Shown: positions 53,984-64,000 of the stretch, piece by piece
How positions within the stretch are numbered: the first letter of the stretch is position 1
How the letters are laid out: each line of letters starts with the position of its first letter
Assembly: GCA_964035545.1 (NCBI GenBank)
Contig: OZ037768.1
Coordinates: 4,000,741-4,064,740, forward strand
Direction of reading: 5' to 3'
Length of the DNA: 64,000 bases
Source: Bugula neritina
Taxonomy: Eukaryota > Animalia > Bryozoa
Notes under the pieces: model-generated
What the model was told of the DNA's origin: nothing
Seen by the model: the letters and a program-made list of their open reading frames with translations, nothing else
The model's database searches: none
Program-made: the position numbers and the translations under genes

Positions 53984-56007
53984 TCATTGCTGGCCGCAAT
54001 AGTCAAGTTTGCTATAAGTCACATTTTCAGTGGCAAGGTCAACATTGCAGAACAACGCTGTTTTGTGGACATTAGATGCCAGTCTCGCTGCCTGTACCAT
54101 GTCTGTTTCACAAAGAAGATCTGATGGTTGTAAGCATATAGCAATGTACTGGGCATGATATAATCCAGGGTCACCTACAAACAACAGATTATGGCAACAT
54201 AAGTTATACAAACTATTCAGTTAGGATTTCAACTTCATATAATTCAAAGTAAAATCTTATGTTGCTTATATGAAAAATTATGCAATGATATATACTTTTT
54301 ATTGTTTGTAGCTAGTTCTACTATCAAATCTAGAAATAATAATTCATGATACATTACAATAATATGTGTAGCTTGTATACATGAAGGAACCATCACAACT
54401 ATTTATGTTGCCATAGTAACATGAAATATACTTAAAAAGCAACAGAATACAATCTCTCTCCTTTAGCACAAGTCCCTCTCAAGGTTAAGAGTTCAAATTT
54501 TGATTTGTTTGCAATTCTTATGGCTATACCTGGATACACGAGAAAATCTCCGCCAAACTTTGCTCCAGAAGAGAGATGAAAGTCCTGCTGCCACAAATCT
54601 TTAAAGGTTAAGTATTTTATTCTCTGTGCGTCAGTCTTGGGAAAAGACCAGTCAGCTTCCTTTAAATCTTGCTTCCAAGAAGTTTCTAGAAAAATCAAGC
54701 TTTCGTGAATTTGCATAAAAATTAACAAATTGCTTTTTACACTTGGAGTTGCCTTTTCATATCAAATTTAGTAAAGAACAAAGAGGACAACTCCACTAAT
54801 TTACCTACTGGCTGTTCAACAAGCATGTTTTGTTCTTGTAAGGGATTCTGTTCAGCTTGCAGCAGGATTTCATCAAGTACAGATTGCTTCTCTTCATCCG
54901 AGCATGTTTTGGGATCTTTTCCACGCTTTCTAATTATTCCACTAACAATCTTCTCTGAACGGGACATGATATCCGATTTTTTACTCTCCAAAGCCTGTTT
55001 TCTCTGTAAAAATGTTCTCCTAATGTCTATACATGCCAAACCATGAGAACTGCTGCTGTGAAACATACAGAGTATCAACTATACCTGTTCCTGAAGAGAG
55101 TGACTAAAATGCTCGGTGTATATTTTTTGTCTCTCAGCCAGTTTCTCTGAGCTAATAGTTTCAGAACCCATGTCTTCCTGATGTAGAGTTGCAAAACCTT
55201 ACAAAACACACAGTAAATATTATAACAAACTTTGTATATTGACTAGAAGTTCATTTAGCTGTAAGATAGCTTTAAATTATATTGCAAGAAAATATTAGAT
55301 TATTTTTTAATTAACATTTTTCTAATAGCAAAGTAGTTTCAAATGGACTGAGTAACATTGGCCTAGTCATAAGCTGATTCTGTCTGGGAAACTTGTGATG
55401 ACTTCCAATAAGTTTTCCAACAATCCGATATGAATGCTTTAACTTTGCAATATCTACATAAAATAGTAGAACAATACACCTGTATATCACAATTATATAT
55501 ATACTTATATGATCTACATGTATGTATAGCCTGATAACAGTAAAAACACATTAATAATACAATTTCACATTTTACTAATAGTCTTCTTGAACAAATTATT
55601 TTCAAGTTTAAAAAAAGTCTAAAAGCTTTAAACATATGCGCTATATGAGTGCGTCATAAAACCTACTTTCTGATGCTCACGTTTTCATAGTAGGTCAGTG
55701 CAGCAGGTCAAAAGTGCCAACTTATAGGCTTTCAATGTATTTAATGAAACGCAACATTTTTCAATGTTCAAAGCCATTAATATGATTTGATTTGCCAACA
55801 AGAAATATATTTAGTGTTTGTTTAGAAGAATTAGTTGCTGTTAAGCTAAACACAGGGAGGGAAATTGAAACATACATCATATTTACACAAGCATATTATA
55901 TTATGCTGCATTGACAAGTGAACCTGATCAACACAAAAATAAAACTAACCTTCAGCCTTCCATACCAACACTTCTTCATTTTTTCTCTTATATAATTCAA
56001 CTGCCAT
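53984..56007 (-). CDS. TSEN34: tRNA-splicing endonuclease catalytic subunit Sen34, about 6 exons
   Basis: MAVELYKRKNEEVLVWKAE|DIAKLKHSYRIVGKLIGSHHKFPRQNQLMTRPMLLSPFETTLLLEK..FKDLWQQDFHLSSGAKFGGDFLVYPG|DPGLYHAQYIA..RLASNVHK (catalytic Y/H/K). Confidence 0.92.
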
Positions 56008-57219
56008 GATAGCTGGTTCCTCAATGCCATTCAAACACTAAAATACAAGTCACATTCTATAAAAGCATTTTCCAATGAGTCGAATAACAACATAAACTAA
56101 ATTTGCATTAACAAGCAACTACTCGTATGGAGAAAGAGCATGGAGACATGTTCGTTTGAGTATTTTACTCTAAATTCACTGAGAAACAAAATACCAGCAT
56201 GTATTTAAACATCTATAGGAAATCTCATAGGAACAACTATGATGGTCAAAATAAATTAGAAATATAAATGGCAAAACTTCAACTACATTCTGACTATGAA
56301 TGTGTTCATAACAAGTTACATAACCTTACTAGAGTAAGTCTGCTGACTGCAAAATGCAAAGCGTTTGAGAACTGAATTTAATTAAATAGGTTCACCAATG
56401 AGCAGTTCCTGTGCCTCTTCTGTATAATTTTCCCAGATCTCTATATTCTATTCAAATTCTTATTCTAGAAATATAAAGTAAATACAATTAATGTTAACAA
56501 ATTAGCATTAGTATAATAAGTCAATTTCTTTGTTAAACCTCAGCAATAGTCTGATTTATATTTTACAGATGCAATACAAAAGTGTTTATATTCATGTTTT
56601 ATCCTAAAAATGACAAAAAGTTTAAGTCAATAGCCCTCATCTTTGTTATCATGTTTTCTGCATAAAATGTAAAAATTTGCAGCCTGAAATTTAGTATTAT
56701 AAATTGATTATCTTTTCGTTGTGCTGGAGGGTAATTTACTATCCCTCTCTAGCATTCTACTTTGCAAGACTAAGAAACCGGAGACCCTATCCTAAAGTAG
56801 GCTAAAGCATTGAAATATAACAGTTATGTTTCAATGAAGCAATGCCAAATTTTTAGGGTACTCTCCAGTTTCTCTGGACTTTCATCCATGAGTCTAAAAA
56901 ATAAACTTAAAATTGTAGAACAATACTAGCTTGTTTTAATATTTTTAAATTACTCCAAATCAACTACACATCAAACATTTAGTAAAAATTTGATGCTGAG
57001 CGTTACTTCAACTAATCTGAATTCAAGCATGGCAGAAAGTGAGTTTAGCAGCAGCTGACTTACTCAATTTTTGGCTACTACCAACTAGCTTTTTAAGGCC
57101 TTTAAAATTTAAATATTGATTCTAAGCTAACGCAAATTTGAAGCTACACAACTTTAACTTAAATTTACAAATAATTGGCAGACCTTACCCCAAAAAAAGA
57201 CGTTTACACTTATGCACTA

Positions 57220-57660
57220 GTATCTAATAGTAATACTAATACTTTTAGTTTTACTGTTAGTAATGGTAATTCAACTACCATTACTAACAGTAACACTAAC
57301 TACATTAAAATTAAATATCATCATTATTAATACTACAATAGTATTAATATTATTAAATTTATTATTTTAGTATTTTAATATTATGATGATCATGATTACC
57401 TGAAGCTTGATTAATATAAATAAGACTTAGACGAACTCTGAGATTAAGAGTAAGAGTACCAGTAAGAGTAAATCAAAGTGAAGGTGCTGCAAGCAAAGTT
57501 TTCACTTCTTAAAGTAGTTAAAATCAACTTAAGGGCTAAGGCTTAAAGTTAAACTTTAAAGTTAAACTTAAACATTATCATTATGATTATCATTATGATT
57601 ATGATTAAAATTATGATTAAGCTTAACATACGCATAACATTAACTGACAGGAAAGTGCTT
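57220..57660. promoter_or_regulatory. Low-complexity tract in the TSEN34/TXNRD2 divergent region
   Basis: AGTAAT/ACTAAT, ATTATG/ATTATC and TTAAAGTTAAACTTTAA runs. Confidence 0.45.
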
Positions 57661-58210
57661 CAATGTAAAGCAAACTACAAAGATAAAAAATTACTTTTTA
57701 TAAAAAGATTAATTTTCTGGGAATGAGATAAGAATAAATCTAATTTAATTACAGTGCAACTAATTTTAATTCAACTTGATATATTAATATTAATGTTGAA
57801 GTTGTTGCAGTTATTCCAAAAATGAGATCTTCCCAGAAAAGTTGACTTCACTGAGGTATATGCATCGAACTCAATAATATCTTTTCCAGCTCAGCGGGTA
57901 TATGTATTAACGAACCCTTCTGGCTTCTGGTCTTACATATCTAAAAACCAATGCTAAAGATGAGGCAAACGCTAGCAAGAAAAATTACTACAACATCGCT
58001 AGATGCCGCACCAAATCTACAGTCACTAAGTGCAGCGTTTACATAAACCTCCAACCTCAAACTCGATACCCCGAAACCACTGCACTCCTTGTGCTGCTTA
58101 AGGCGATTACCGAGTCACTAGGTTTCACACAGATCAGCACAGAAACTAGCATGAGTATACTGTAGCTGAGTGAAAGCAAATCTTTTTCCACATGTGGGAT
58201 TCTCGAAACA

Positions 58211-62814
<4,604 letters not shown>

Positions 62815-63000
62815 GAGCACCTGTTGTGTTGAGACAGTTCTCCACCAGGTGCTCTTTATAGTATGGTAAATTGATTGCTTGCGACACACTTGTGAATATT
62901 GTTATATTTATATTAGTTCTATAGATTTTTTTTGAAATTTTTGTATTTTTGTGATTAATCTTTGGCAATTAGCTGTTGTAAACTAGGTAACTTGAATAGA

Positions 63001-63075
63001 GCCAGGTATAGCTAGTATGACGAACAATATACTCAAGTCTCGAGACCGTTATTGTTCTGATGTTTGTTAATAGGC
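63001..63075 (+). promoter_or_regulatory. SECIS element (type II) in the TXNRD2 3'UTR
   Basis: ATGAC at 63017, helix GAACAATA/TATTGTTC, unpaired AA at 63035-63036, mini-stem GTC-TCGA-GAC, TGAT at 63058-63061. About 200 nt downstream of the Sec codon. Confidence 0.87.
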
Positions 63076-64000
63076 TTTTTATTCGAATTACTATTTAAAT
63101 TTTAGATGCAGCTCCGATTATAAAACTGCCAAATTTATATTAATAAACTATAACGTATCAACACAACCTTGTTAATTTGATTTCATAGAATGTGCAAGGG
63201 GTACCACTAAATGATACAATGATACAATTCACTAATGCAGTAGTTTTTTCATGTAAAGATTATATTTTATATAAGAAATATTTTATACCTGCTGTATATT
63301 ACAGTTTAATTCAAAATATACTTAACTATATAAAGGTGTAATAAAATTTAATATCCTGTACACTAAACAGCTATATTGTAATCAGCATCCGTTGATAGTT
63401 ATTCCAACATGTTAACATAGCATAGTTACAGCAAAAATGTTCAAGACTGGAGGCTCAGAAACAGCTCCAAAAAATTACAAAATATGTACATAGCTGGGTT
63501 TGTATGAGCATAAAATATATACCAATATTTGAAAAATACGTATAATACACCCTCTTATAAGCACTAAATGAATAATTTTTAAACCATGTATACAGAAGTG
63601 TTTGTACAAGATACAAAATAACGTTCTCATTTAAATAAGGTGCTAATTTCGGTAATATGTATTAGAATACCAAATTATAAATATGTGCCGAGTCTAAGAG
63701 GTGAGTGAAATCAAAGAAATGGCCCCACATTTCGTGAACATTCACCTCATAAAACACTGACACTAAATAATCGCGACAAAGTTTAGAGTATTTCTTAATT
63801 TAAAATGCCAACTAGTGAATGTAGAATAAAATATGTATGAATATGTGCAACACTAATCCGAGTCGGAGAGCTCTTCGCTATAAGGTACAAGTGAGCTTAA
63901 TACATTAGTTTGATTCTTGTTATTCAAAACAGTATCTGTGGGAGTAGATACCTTTGTATGTACAATAGTTGGAACAGGTCCACGGGGAACAGTTAACTCG

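Noticed and set aside
57793-57897. MLKLLQLFQK-TGA-DLPRK... as an alternative TXNRD2 first exon with a second UGA
   Set aside because: Exon 58211-58301 splices in frame to 58470 and gives a plausible transit peptide without needing readthrough.
63600-64000. More complex sequence at the window end
   Set aside because: No ORF, terminal repeat or RNA motif that I can support.

Overview
AT-rich, intron-rich animal genomic DNA (an invertebrate, probably lophotrochozoan; this is inferred, not demonstrable here). It holds a dense cluster of housekeeping genes in almost strictly alternating orientation: EIPR1/TSSC1 (+), CYRI/FAM49 with an intronless CDS (-), TAF2 (+), UBE2G2 (-), an uncharacterised CCCH zinc-finger gene (-), EXOC3 (+), POLR2K (-), Emi1/Emi2-type FBXO5/43 (+), TSEN34 (-) and mitochondrial selenoprotein thioredoxin reductase TXNRD2 (+, UGA-Sec and a 3'UTR SECIS). 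Mobile DNA comprises a 4.9-kb hAT transposon with a spliced BED-finger transposase inserted exactly on a TAF2 splice donor, a 1.77-kb non-autonomous hAT element in a bidirectional promoter, and a tRNA-derived SINE. The most notable observations are: (1) every promoter-proximal region carries a strand-symmetric, 3/6-bp-periodic low-complexity tract studded with near spacer-less palindromes; (2) the hAT target-site duplication copies the TAF2 donor and creates an AG|GT point that could splice the element out seamlessly; (3) TXNRD2 ends in ECUG rather than GCUG and carries a frameshifting 32-bp exonic duplication; (4) TAF2 has a U12 AT-AC intron; (5) the EXOC3 and POLR2K stop codons are 24 bp apart. 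Exon structures were worked out by hand, so internal boundaries may be off by a few bases.
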